Positions 1 to 13,116 of a DNA stretch of 64,000 nt are shown piece after piece. The translations under genes were made by a program, and so were the position numbers. Each line of letters begins with the position of its first letter. Within the stretch, counting starts at the first letter, position 1. Source of the DNA: the human T2T-CHM13v2.0 reference genome, Homo sapiens; assembly GCF_009914755.1 (NCBI RefSeq), contig NC_060934.1, one strand, 5' to 3'. Below the pieces are notes generated by a model, which saw only the letters and a program-made list of their open reading frames with translations, was not told the origin of the DNA and did no database searches.

Positions 1-135
1 GAAGTGATATCTGATCACTTTTGCCATCTTCTGTTCATTAGAATGGAGTTACTAGGTCCACTATGCACACAAAGGAAGGAGATAATACGATTGTGTGAGT
101 ATCAGGAAGTGGGGCCAATGGGATCCTCCCTACAC
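1..135. mobile_element. MaLR LTR fragment (MLT1-type), cut by window edge
   Basis: atcacttttgccatcttctgttcattagaa...ctaggtcca resembles MLT1 consensus. Confidence 0.6.
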
Positions 136-225
136 AGTTACACTTTCAATGGGTGACAATACTTCGAGAAACTCTAAGGTAAATTGGCTGTTTCCTTTTA
201 GTTGGTAAAGGCAGGGTAAAAGTGC

Positions 226-879
226 TGAAATTGCCTTTGCAAAAATTACAACATTGAGAAAATTTTGACAGTGAAAGCGATCTGTTGTAACCAAACCCCA
301 TCTTGCCTTTAAGCTCCAAGCTGCCCTTAATTACTCCTGGGCTTGGCCAAGCTAACTTTGAGAGACATTTAGTTTATAGTTTAAATAATGGTCCTTCCCT
401 CAAACTAACTGCCTTTGTAAAGCTCATGAAAGACTACCAGATTAGGAGGGTGTAGAGCCTGAATTCTTCTAAGGTGTCCACTAAAGGATAACCAGCCATT
501 ATTCTGTAGGTCACAAAATTTGCAACTCCCCCAATTACTCTTGCAAATAACATCACTATAGTAGAACCTAAGTTGGCCTTTTGAGGTGTCTTTTCAGGTT
601 TTTGCATTTCTGACTACTTATGGCTTCACCTAAGCCCACTGACTCCCTCTGATTTGTCCCATAACCCCACTCAGAAGCAAACTCCCTAGCCAGCCAAACT
701 ATCCTTGAAAGACCCTAGTCTCCGAATTTTCAGGGAGATTGAGATGAGTAATAACTCTGTCTCCCACATGGTATGGCTGGCTTCATGTCTATTAAACTCT
801 TTATTGCAATGTCATGGTCTCAGTGAATTGGTTTTGTCTGTGCAGTGGGCAAGAAGAACCCATCAGGTGGTTGGATACA
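226..879 (+). mobile_element. ERV1 solo LTR, LTR8/LTR8A-like
   Basis: Starts TGAAATTGCCTTTGCAAAAATTA, ends GGGCAAGAAGAACCC...ACA; TG...CA termini; ATTAAA at 791; flanks gtgc/gagc look like a decayed 4-bp TSD. Confidence 0.85.
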
Positions 880-974
880 GAGCCAAGATTCATAAGTACC
901 CATCATGAAAGGCCAGCGCCAGATGTTTTCATATGCCTACTTAATTTAAACATCACATCCTTCCTGTGATGTAG

Positions 975-1497
975 GAATTTGTAGCAGACTTTGCTAGTTT
1001 TCTCTTGGTATTCATTCTTCCGTTCTTTCATAGTAAAAGAATTTTTTTCCTGCCTAGATAAAGACTACATTTCCCATCTTCTCTTGCAGCTAGGTGTGGC
1101 CACATGCTTAAATTTTGGCCAATGTGGTGTAAACTACAGTGTCCTGTGGCAGCTTCCAGTAGCTCTCCTAAAGGGACAGCTCGTGGGTGCCCTTCCCTTT
1201 CTTTGTCCTTTCTCTATCTTTCTACTTGGATGTAAATCTTAGGCAATGAGATCGAGACCATTCAAGTAAAGCAACAAAAGGAAGCCTATGTTCATGAAAC
1301 TGTGAAGCACAGTACCAGCATTGTACTGCCCTTTGGGACTTTTGGGTAAGAGACAATAAATTGCTACCTTATTTAAACTATTGCTATTTGGGAATACTGT
1401 CACTGCCAACCAAACCTAGTCTTAGCTAATTCAGAATTCGGCATCAAGAAGTGGGGTGCTACAGGTAACAGAAGCTAAAATATGTGGTATTAGCTTA
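975..1497 (+). mobile_element. MaLR MLT1 LTR plus start of internal sequence
   Basis: gactacatttccca...gcagctaggtgtggccacatg motif, aataaa at 1354, then agaagtggggtgct typical of the MLT-int start. Confidence 0.7.
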
Positions 1498-1730
1498 GGG
1501 CAAGCTTAGCAAACTTTCACTGTCAAGGACCAGATAGTAAATATTTTAGGCTCTGTGGGCCATATGTGGTCTTAGTTACATGTTCTTCCTTTTTTTTTTC
1601 TCTAAACCAGCCTTTCAAAAATGTGAAAAACATTCTCAGCTCAACCTTTTAAAAACATAACAGTCATTTTTAACTCAAGGGCCAACAAACATCAGGCAGC
1701 TGGATTTGGTCCTGGAGGAATAGTTTGCTC
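1498..1730 (+). mobile_element. MER58A-like hAT-Charlie DNA transposon
   Basis: gcaaacttt...ccagatagtaaatattttaggctctgtgggccata...ggatttgg...tagtttgc. Confidence 0.75.
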
Positions 1731-4049
1731 TAGTTCTTAGGGATCAGCAGATGCCCCCAGGCAAATGTTGATTTCAGGGCCCACTTACCTTTCTGGAGTC
1801 ATGTTTTCTCAATATTTTAATTGCTAAGTATTTCTCTTGTCTTTTTATGGATTGAAAAATAATGCATTTAATTATTAAAAGTTGCATTTAATCTCAGAAG
1901 AGTGAACTTATATAGAAGATGTGAATCATGTAAAGAAGTTGTCAAAACCACATTGCAATTATGGATTATTAATATTCAGGTATTTACTCACAAAAAGAAA
2001 AAATTTTATTTTTAGGAAAGAAAAAATTAGGCACCAACTCATATTGATAATTTTTAAAACTTTATAATGGCACTTGAAAATTCAATTAAAACAATTGCAT
2101 CATCCAGGAATTATACAATATTGCATTGTCTCTCATTTCATGTGATTTATGATTCTAAGATGCCCATTATGTTAATATCTTCCAAACCAAAGATTATTTT
2201 CCCAACAAGTGAATGGTGTAATTTTACTTAATATATTTAGATAGATCACAAAGTTCTATAAAACATTGTACTAAAGTACAAAAATAAGTGCTTTATGCAC
2301 ACTTTTTAATACTGTCTTTGTCTCTTTTTTGGTACCTCAGCTAACTAACTTCACATAAATAAAAATAATAACAAAAAAGAAAAGAAGAAAGAGATTGTTA
2401 AACATCTGGAAACTATAAATGCATTTTGCTGACAGCTTGCTTTTCATTAAGATATAGGGAATAACAATATCGGGCTGTATTGCAGTCAGAAACATAGAAG
2501 AAAAGGAGAATTCTCTGAAGGAATAAGAATAAAAATTCCAATGGTTACATTAAATATTTAAACCAGTGATAATGATGAATTGATTTAAATAGATTTATCT
2601 GTAGTCTGTGTGCCCAAAGATATCTTAGGAATTATAAAGAAAATGCCAAGTTTCAAAATAAAATTTACATTTGTAAAAAGGTATATATACTTTATTGCAA
2701 AGAAAGGCATGTCTAAGGCTTGTGATATAGATTTTAAAATTTTATAAACACAAATGTATTTAGAAAACAGAAATAGTTAATGGCCAAAATGTTTTCAAGT
2801 AAATAAAATGTATAGGTACCTGCTCATTAACATCATAAATCAGTAGGTGAATTTATCAATTCCATGTTTTAATTCTCCTTCTGGACCTCTAACTAACCTT
2901 TTTCTCCTTCTATTTTTGCATAGTCCTTTATATTTCTCCTGGGGGAAATATTTGAAAACTCATTTTACTTAAATAACCATAATAGGTGAAGTGTTAAATT
3001 CACCTTTTAAAAGGCTTATTGTATCAGTCCAGAGTTTGGCAATAATAGTGGAAACTTAAGGTTTAGAACAGAGTTGATTTATTTTCAGAATTCTAAGTGG
3101 CAAAACCTATCAGGTGTTGCAATTATATTCAATTTTGAAAAATGCAGAATGGACCATGGGACTGTGTGCCCCAATTAAAGAGAGAAGTAGGAAATATATG
3201 TATTTGTATTCACAGTTTCTGGTATAAGAGTAGGTGCATAGTAAACACAGGCTGATCATATATTCTCTGAAGAATAGATTTGAGGGTTAATAACAATAGA
3301 GCCTGTAAAACTTGTTTAATTTCCAATGTTAGTAAAGAGAATAGAGGGAGGGAAAAAGGGAAATTTTATGAAAAAGGAAAATAATCTCTCAATGTTATTT
3401 TCCATTAAAAATAATAAAACCTTTATATGACATGATGTGAGGATTTTTCGTGAAGAATGGTTGATGAACAATCATAATGATGAAATCAAATGCAAGGGAA
3501 TTAGTGTTGGAGCAAATTTGTGAAGCAGAAGGAAAAAAGGCAATATCCTTTTTAAGGTGAAGGTTAACGTAAGACCTGTCTGTTTTGGGATAGAAGTAAC
3601 TCAACTCAAGGAAGAAAGAAACCAATAAATGCTCTAATACCCTACTAGTGCCCTGTGGATCTCTACAGACCAAGCAAGTGTCCCCAAGAGCTATCTTTTG
3701 TCTTGCCCCACCACCTAACCTGGCATAATAATGACTAGCTTGCTCTGCCATATGAAGGCAGAACTCAGGACTCACAGCCCAGGGGTTATGAGAGGAAAAC
3801 TAGGACCAAAAATAGGCTGGGTAGAGAGATAGTTGGACAGAAAGTGGATTGATGGAGATTTCAGAGGAGGAAGTGATCCATTCTTCTCTGTTTACTATGA
3901 CCCTGCTCAGTCAGAAAGAAGTAGCTAGGCTCTTTAGTTTAAGCTGTTATCTGCTTTGGAGAAGACAAAGCCAATTCTACAAAATTAAAAACAACAAGAA
4001 AACAACAACAACCCATAAAGATGGTGGGGTGTGTGTGTGTGTGTTGGGG

Positions 4050-4179
4050 GCAGACACTGTATAATTTGTTGTCTAAACTGGGACACGTTTGGAAATAAGA
4101 GGGATCATTGTTAATATTTATAGAAGGACAGCAGACCTAAGCCAGGACTGTCCTGGAAAACCAGAATGTATTGTCACCT
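4050..4179. mobile_element. MER94-like hAT-Blackjack MITE in the 3' UTR
   Basis: ataatttgttgtctaaactgggacac...ccaggactgtcctgg...gtattgtcacct. Confidence 0.65.
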
Positions 4180-5714
4180 CAGAGAGACATTGGTAAACCC
4201 TGAATGGGGCTGATATTCTTCATTCTCCAAGAAGGCCTGTGGGCAGCTTACTTTTTTAAAGATACTGTTTCTTGGTATCTCCTATTCCCTTAGACAAAGT
4301 ATCATTTGTGGAAAGAGAACAAGCTGTATTCTTCTTCTTGAATTTCTCTCTCAAAATAGGAGAAAAGTCTGTAAGGGGGAGGTAGGTACAGAAGAATTCC
4401 ATATTTTATTCCAGGCATCTTCAGATGAATGAGGTATTTTGGTTTTCAGGTTATTTTCCCTTTCTAAATTGGCTATGAATTTCATTATTAGTGAGAGTAC
4501 AAGGTTTTCTTTTAGCTTTCCTACAAAACCAAGGAGAACTGGGGGCACATAAAGTTTGCAATCTCCCACAAATGAGCCTACATATACATTGCTATCTATA
4601 TTAAACCTATGCATTCTATTTTCTGTATAAACATTGTTGGACAACATGGCTTTAAAAATGTTGGACATTTGGAGGGCAATAGAGTATTCTGTACCCATTT
4701 TTCATTTAATAAAAAAAGCTTAAATATTTTACTTTTTAAGAGAGGGAATGGGAGTCAGAAAAATCTCATTTTCCTTAGTTTCACTCATTATAGCGCAACT
4801 TACTTTGTTTTTCTAATGTTGGCAAACACAAACATAGAGCCTGGTAGATACATTACACTTTCTATGAATATGTTCTAGTAAAATTCAGAGCATTTTCAAG
4901 ATATTATTTGGGCAAACTAAAATTTCAAAATCAAATTTGACAGTTTAACAAAACCTGATTGACAATGGTTGCACGTCAGGTAGGAATATTTACTGCCTAG
5001 TTTCTTCCTGTCTTCCAATAAGTATATACAAAATCTTAAGTTATCCTATTAACATTTTCTTTTTAAAAATATTTATCCAAAGTTTCCTTGTAGTGCTATG
5101 TTAGAAACTTAGTTTTATCTTTAACAGATGTATTTACAATATATGAAAGTGTATCTACAATACATAAAAAGTGCCAAGTTTCTAGTCTAATTTTTAGATA
5201 TATTTTCTTCCCCCTGGGAACTTTTATATGAATGCAAGAAGAGAATAATCATGACTTTATGTGAATATTGAGCACATAGTTCATTTTTTGTTGTAAGTTA
5301 CTTTTAGGAAATCTTAGAGTTGTTCAATAATAATATACTTTATCAAACTTCATAGGTTAGAATGCAATGAAAATTTACCCCGAATATTAACTTGATTGCC
5401 CTTTATTCTACAAATGGCACACCTAAGAACCTCCCTGTCTATGTGGATTCTAACTGTGGCCCAGTTGTCCAAGACAGAATTATAAAACGGTCATTTAGAA
5501 TATAACAAAAATTAATAAAAATGGAACATTATATTGATGCAATATTTTGCTAATCTATGCAATCAGAATAACATTTTTTCTAAAAAATACTTTTAAGTAA
5601 AATAAAAACCAATTTCCTGCACAGCTATTATCAGTATATACTTATAGTTTAATTTCTATTCCATCATGAAAAAGTTAAGAAACTGTGGTTTGGAAACAGG
5701 TTCCTTTTTGTTAG

Positions 5715-6053
<339 letters not shown>

Positions 6054-7441
6054 TGACATGAGGTGGCTTTTTAGCAGCATTTCGGGTGCTGTTCCCCAAA
6101 CATAGTGTTGTTTGGCATGATACCAGATTGGAGGATATCCTAGTCATCTAGGAGAATTATATTTTGTTGCAGTTGAAGGTGCTGTTCTAGATATACTAAT
6201 GCAGTGGGAGAGAAATAAAGCAATTTGAGAAGAGGCAGCACTTTTATAGGAAAGAAAATAGATACCCAATCCCATTGCTGATCAATTTCCTCCTACTTAA
6301 GCAACATTAGGCTGATTTTAATTATCAATAAGCTATTAATTACCAAAATTTAGAGAACTAATTCAAATTTACTGGATGTTCCTAAATTATTGTTTTGTTA
6401 TTATCACCTGGTTGGGTGACAAATTTTAATTTTTTCTGTAAAGAATTAGGAAGCATTCAAATAAGAAATTACAGAAAAATTGATAGTGATGCAGAAGGTA
6501 TGAAGGTATTATATAGGTGCTAATTTCTTAAGTCTAAAAATATAAACCTATGCAAAATTAGCCTTTGGTTCTACCAGCAATTTAAAAAAGCCCGTTGTCT
6601 TAATAATTTTAAACTTATGGTAGCAGGACTTGCTCTATCTACCTAACTTGGGGAAAGTAAAAATAAACATATGGCATGGTAGACACATTAACACTTTCTA
6701 TGAAGGTATTTTAATGGAATTCAAAGTATTCCCTAGATATTACTAAAACAAAGTAAAATTTTAGCAAAAAAACCAAAACCACTTCTACCTACTTATACAA
6801 AACTGGCTCTAAAGAGGTAAATGGTGTGATAACTTGAGATGGTGTTCCAGTGGTAATTTTCTCAATACTTTGGTATTATTGTATGTTTAGGTGTCTGCTC
6901 TTAATATTGTAAACAAACAATTATGACTTTATCCAGAATAATGATTTTTTCTCATAAAAAGATTCATGTATTAACTAATCTTTTCATTGCGATTAAATTT
7001 AAAACTTCTCTAAATCAAACCTAATTTGCATTGACAAGACATCCAGAATACCCTTTGCTGTTTATTTGCAAAGATTTTAAGGAAAATCAGAACTTTTGCT
7101 CCTAGAATTTGGAATGCTTTTTAGACTCAGTAGAAATTTGCCTGCCCCAATGGACATTTGTTATGTCAATGTAATCACTGTCTTTGAGAATAAAAGCAGA
7201 TCTGTAGGGGAGTGTAAATTTGGATCTAAGAATTGTTTTAGGACAAGATTGTTTTACTTTCTCATTTTTAGAGTTAGTTTGAAGCCTACATAAGTTACAT
7301 TTAAATTCATACTATTTATGGGATAAATATGATTTGGCTATTTGTCTTAACTTAGATGATTTTTTAATTGCATTTTTCTATTTACTAAAAGTGAAATAAA
7401 AAGGAAAAGAAATAAAGAGATAGAGTATAAATACAAGAATA

Positions 7442-7618
7442 TAGCAATTCCCAAACCTAGGTGCACATTGAAATCACCTAGGGATCATTAAAAAATACTG
7501 ATGCCAGGCACCCATCCAAGGAAATTCTAGTGTAAATTTTATGAGATATGTTATTGGCATTAGCATTTAAAAAGCTCTCCAGGAGATTCTAATGTACAGC
7601 CTACTTTGGGAACTACTG
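7442..7618. mobile_element. MER5-family hAT MITE in the 3' UTR
   Basis: gcacattgaaatcacctaggga...ccaggagattctaatgtacagcc...gggaactactg. Confidence 0.75.
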
Positions 7619-9293
7619 TCCTAGGAAATATTAGACGCTAAATGTAAAGTAGAAAGCACAGGGCCTTTCAGAGTTTCAGCTGTAGCCTTGGAGGCTTTGT
7701 TATCTCATTGGAGTTAGGACAACTGAAATGTTACAAGTACTTCTGATTGTGATTAAAATTTACCTGATTTTGATTAGAATCTGGCCTGCTTTTTGATCAC
7801 AGAATTCCATTAAGGAGTTGACAAAATTTTCCATGTCTTTGTGTTTATGTTTTCCTTTGTGTTCTGTAAATTTTTTTAAGGGCCAAGGGATTTTAAAAAA
7901 TGAAAATTCTAGTACTGTGTCTTAAACCACTAATGAGATTGATGTAGGAGTAACAGGTATTTGGTGTTGGACTTAAGATTATTTATGTTTGAACAAAGCA
8001 ATCATTTACAAGTATGGCAAGAAAGTAGTGCCTTCTCTTTACCTCTGTTCCGTGTTTTGTAGCACCGTTGCCCTCCCCTCACTTCATCATCAGATATTTC
8101 TGGAGAAGAGGCCTAGGACTCTGGGGGGAATTTGGTAAATAACACCCATGCTGATTGTCTGAAACAGTTTCTAATCAGCAATGATTGCTGTAAGATTTTT
8201 CTGTGGCAGCTTCAAGACAAAAGGACTCAGGTATGGTGAAGCTGCCTGATACTTACTGAAACAAAAAGGAAGGAAAGTTAGAGGATTTCCTGGCAGATTT
8301 AAAATAAATGGGTTAGATAATGCAAAGCTAATCCCAAGTTAATATAAGCATCTCTGATTGCTAGATGGTGGGGTGGATACTGCAACAATATCAAAGAAAT
8401 GAGAGCAAATCTGCACTTCTCTCTTTAAAATGACTTTTCAGTCAATTTGCTGAAAGGAAGAAGTATCATAAATGATATTCTGTATATCTGATTTACTTTT
8501 TTATGATATTAGGTAGGAGAAAAATGAGTCTGAGATGATGAAAATCAAGCAATATGAACAAGTCAAAAAATTTTAAAGTAGAAAAGGTCATTTCATGCTG
8601 GCATGATTATTGGAAAAGGTAGGAGTTCTAGGGAAAAATAGGTGTGGACTAATGAGCTGAATAAACAATGGGGCCTGGATTTGTTTTAACCACATCTACA
8701 ACATATCATATCTATTTCTAGGAAGTCCCCATGGGCTGCAGGGGACAGGAAGATCCTGATCTGTGACAAATCGACTGGATGGAATTTTCAGGCTGAAGAG
8801 AGGTTGAACCCACAAAATCTTGGACAGTCTTTCATGAGCTCAGGCCTGCAATCATGCCCCACACAGTGAGCCATGGTGAATGCATTTTGAAAAGCAACCT
8901 CCTCCCTTCCCTTTTCCTCTTTGTGGCTTTGTGTATCACAAAAGCAGCTGTGAGCCAGAGGTAAGACTCTGGAGTTTACTTGGCTTCCCTTGATTATTAC
9001 TGACTGCCCAGGTCTGCTCCATCCCTCCCAAATCTTGCCAGCTACAAGATCTCTCTTCACCCTGGCAGGATTTGTAAACATACTCCCCAAACACTCAGGA
9101 AGACTGGAAGAACAACTTTTGGGGCAGTGGCTCTCCAGCTTTCTGTTAAACAAAAGGCTCTTTAACATTTGATTTCATTTCAGAATAACGTTCTTACTTC
9201 ATGATTCTATAATTGGTATAAGCTATACAGTCTCTGGAAAGGCATTTCTTTAGGAAACATATTATTTATGATCATTGGGGACCGAGTTAGAGG

Positions 9294-9299
9294 TTTATT
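9294..9299 (-). terminator. Candidate proximal polyadenylation signal AATAAA
   Basis: AATAAA about 60 nt after the stop codon, with ATTAAA at 9311-9316. Confidence 0.45.
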
Positions 9300-9357
9300 T
9301 CTTTTTTTTTTTTAATAGAGTTTTGTGTGTCTTATTCTTAAATTTAAAAAAGCATCT

Positions 9358-9509
9358 TCAGAAGGTGCCATATCCATCCCCTCGGGCAGTCACTGCAAAA
9401 GTTGGGTAGACCTCATAGGTTGTATATGCTGCTAAGTCTTGTCCAAGGGTTACCGCTTGCTTGAGCTGGGCTGCAGACACGGGTGCAGTTGCATTAGGGA
9501 CAGCATATC
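9358..9509 (-). CDS. A1CF: A1CF last coding exon GYAVPNATAPVSAAQLKQ...GDGYGTF-stop
   Basis: ctccag| acceptor; TGA at 9360-9358; 152 nt closes the frame at 1761/1785 nt total. Confidence 0.97.
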
Positions 9510-12500
9510 CTGGAGGAAGAGGCAGAGAAAACTTGATGAAAGGAATTCACATTTGCTCCCTTTTGGCTTATTTGTCTTCTTTTAGAAATACGAACATTTA
9601 ACATATTGCTTAAAGCTAAAAGTTAATATATATGTTTTAAAAAGTGTCCTTAAGGACACAATATGTGGACTCAGTGATTTTCAATGATATTTAAACAGTC
9701 CTAGGACAATGTTCCCTAAAGTGGGGTCAACCACCTGTGTCAGAATCACTTTATACTTAAGAGAATTAAAGATGTTTGGGATAGGGTCCAAGAAAGAGAA
9801 ACTTAACAGGATACTGAGTTGATTAAAGCTTGTGATTTTTAGCTTTTTGAGGGTCTCCAAATTTATAAATGAGAAAAGGTGACTGAGGGGCTGGCTGGGC
9901 ATGGTATGTGGGGAGGTGGGGATCTGTGGGACTGGTTCTCCTGTAACCCCACACCTGCCTAAATGAAACATTTAAAACATTTGCCTTTACCCAAGAAGAT
10001 GTGTAAAGACTGGGAGATCAGTAGGAGAAATACTGTAAAGGTTAAGTGTGCTTTTCCATAATACCTTAAAAGCAAATGCCTAACCTGTCCATATTTACAT
10101 GTAACTATGAATGGCAAAAGCACCTTCTTACCTCCCAAGCCCCTCATCAAGCCTGTGCTTGTTGTATTCAGAGGCCTTGATGCTGGTTCTCCGCCTCAGA
10201 GAACCAAAGTATCTGAGAATTAAAAAAATAATCTATGCGCTTTCATGTTAGCATTGTGTCTAGTGGATGAGCATTCACTTTTGAAGAAGAGAGCATATTA
10301 GCTACTATCTAAAGCATTATTTCTCTGTATTGTTTTAGTTTAAAACCTGAGTATTTCTGAGATTATCCAGAAATTGTAAAAGATAGCAAGAAAAAGAGAG
10401 AAGTATACTTAAGTACAAATGGGCACCTATTTTTCATTGTTGTTTTAAACCCCATTTAGTTTATGTGCAGTAGAAGCCTGCCCAACCCCAGACACATTGA
10501 TTTTTTTCTAGTGGCTTCTCAGAAAGTGGTGGCAGGAAGCTGGTTGGATTATTTTGAACAAAAATTGAATCCACTCTTGGTGCATTCATTTTGGTCAGTA
10601 ATGCTGATTAATGCACTAGTGAAGTTTGGTCCATTTTCCAAGGATAGGAGACATGTGTTAACAGTTACTTTCATGGTTTTGGAAACAGTATTTCTAAACT
10701 AAGTGAGTAATGTAACTGTGTGAGTGTGTGCACGCATGCATGCATGTGTTTGTGGCACAGATTTTACCTTTAGGGATTTTGAATTTTCTTTTTCAACTTG
10801 GTCAATTTGTTAAGTGCCAGGGTGTTTGGGTTTCAAACTGATTCTTCCCTTGGAGCCTATTATTCTTTGCTTGACTCCACAGCAAAGTTATAAGAGAGGC
10901 TCTCAGATTCTTAGGCATTCCCAAGACAACACTCATGCCCTAAATATTTTTAACTTCTCACAGAAGCCAGTGGAAGTGAGAATAAGATAAAACATTCTTG
11001 GGTAAAAGCAAATCCTTTCCAATGTGAAAGCAAACTTTAAAATTCTGACAGTGGCTCATTAGTTTAATAGTACATTTGTTAGGTGTCTTTGGGGTGCAGC
11101 TTTCTGTAAGACAGGGGCTCAACTTTCTCTAGGAACTGAGAAGCCCTGGCAGGCATCCTGAGTAAATGGACATGTAAACACCCTGTTATGTGGAAAGCAA
11201 GCACTGGCTGCTGGCCCCACACTGCCCAGGAAGGACCTTGCCCTCTGCAATGTCAGCTGTTACCTTGGTAACCTCCGAGGGACTCACCACAGAGCATCTC
11301 CATGTTCTTACAGAGAAACAAAGCCAGAATTGAGGTCACTTTCAGATGTGAAACATCATTAATGTTAGCCCCACTGGCCAGAATGGAGGATATATTCAAA
11401 ACTTTTGAGAAAAAAAACCCCAAAACCAAAAAACACTACTGAGAAGGAGCCCCAGGTGCAGTGGGTGTGAGGAATATAAAATTTCTCACACCTACGCATG
11501 GCCAATATATGAATTAATTAATCAATAAGAATATCATGTTTCTAGGTCTACTTAGAGCTCTAATTTGGACTTATGTGGCACACGCTGACACAATGAGAAG
11601 TAAAAAATGACAGATTTCTTTAATAAAAATAATCTTTTACTAAAAAAAAAAAGGATAAAAAATTTTCAGCTGAGAAAAAATTTCCTAAACAACTTTCTTG
11701 CCTGGTCCCCTTCAATCTCTAAAGGATTCAGTTTTAATTATTACCATTTGTTGTGGGTACATAACAAATGGGGACAAATCTTTTAAAATGTGACCTCTGA
11801 AGGCATTGTTGATCCACGGATAGGCTTTGCTTTAAGCAATCAGCATATGCCCCAGACCAAAATTATGGAACAAATAAATTGAGTTGAGTCCTGATTATTC
11901 ACATATTGAAAGGATCTCTGTCTGTCTCTCACTCTCACAAAATTTTTGACTTTAAAAAATCTTTTTTGAAATCAAATTAATAAAAGTAGATTGAAGACTG
12001 GAGAGGGAGAAAAGATTGCTGAAAAGCTAATTGCCAGTGGCCAAATTACTTAATCTTTCTGTATATGGGCTCTTCATTTGTATACCAGACTTTCTGATGG
12101 AACCTAACTCTTGGTGGTATCATGAGTATTACTAAGATATTATAACGCTTCCTGACCATTTAAGTGAGTGCCTAGCACACAGTAAGATCTCCAATAAACA
12201 TCATATATCTATAGGTAGTTTCAAACTCTCGTACTAAAAGTAAAAACCAAAACAAACCAGACTCAGAGAGACTGACTCATTCAAGATCACACAGCAGTTT
12301 AAAGCTGAGCCGAGACCAGAACCCACTCTGCTGCCCAGCTTGATTTTCTTGCCTCGTGTTTTAATGAGTCACTCATTTGGGAAACTCTTTTTGGTCCCAA
12401 GGTTGTGCAAGTCAGATTGCTGTAAGTAGGGTACACAAACATTTCTGTGATTCAATGGTACCAAAAAAGGGTTTCCCAAATACTCTCTGCAGGGCGCCAT

Positions 12501-12522
12501 TTCTGGCACAATTTTCCCATAC

Positions 12523-12671
12523 CTGGGAAAGCAGTAGCAGCAGCAGCAGCAGTAGCCATGGTGCCATCGCCTCCATCAGTGGGGATGCCCAGGGTCTGCA
12601 GGGTGTATTCGGCTGCATACGTCTTTGCTTCATCCACAAAGGCACTCAGCTTTGGAGGTGTGAAAGGGTGG
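12523..12671 (-). CDS. A1CF: A1CF coding exon HPFTPPKLSAFVDEAK...MATAAAAATAFP
   Basis: ttccag| acceptor, CAG|gtatgg donor, 149 nt; seen in ORF 12452..12700. Confidence 0.97.
12531..12557 (-). repeat. (GCT)n coding repeat encoding ATAAAAATA
   Basis: GCT ACT (GCT)5 ACT GCT inside the exon. Confidence 0.9.
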
Positions 12672-13116
12672 CTGGAAAGCAAGTCAGTCAGGGTAGGCAT
12701 TTTTAAACTGGTACAACTGAGTCAGGTGAAAACTTAAGGCACTATCAGCTTTGTAAGATGACTGGATGGTGGTATTTTGAGTGGGTGTTTTTCATTCTGT
12801 TTGCTATTAAAGCTTCTAAATATAGGTTGCATGTAGAAATATTTACAAATTGATCTAGAACATCAGTGGTTGATGACATTCCTGGGACATACAAGTAATT
12901 CACTACATGGCTTTTCTAAAGCACAAGTGAAACAAATTGTTCCTAAAATATATAGAAATGCAGGCTGAAGGTAAAATTCAGGAGGTGATATCCACTAACA
13001 GAGAGGTCATATCTTTGGTCCAAAATTAAATGATGGGCCATTGTCTTATTATGTATAAAATGGTAGTTTCATATGCTTCAACCTAAACACTGCACAGATG
13101 AAAGAATGGTCTATAG

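Noticed and set aside
3395-4878. ORFs of 89-126 aa in the 3' UTR
   Set aside because: No recognisable domains; lengths expected by chance when alternative starts are allowed
9885-9935. G-rich run as a G-quadruplex
   Set aside because: Long irregular loops; on the + strand, so absent from the pre-mRNA; no other support
12412-12645. Alternative-frame ORF with a signal-peptide-like MAPWLLLLLLLLLSQ
   Set aside because: The Leu run is the poly-Ala GCT repeat read in another frame; no independent start or splice support
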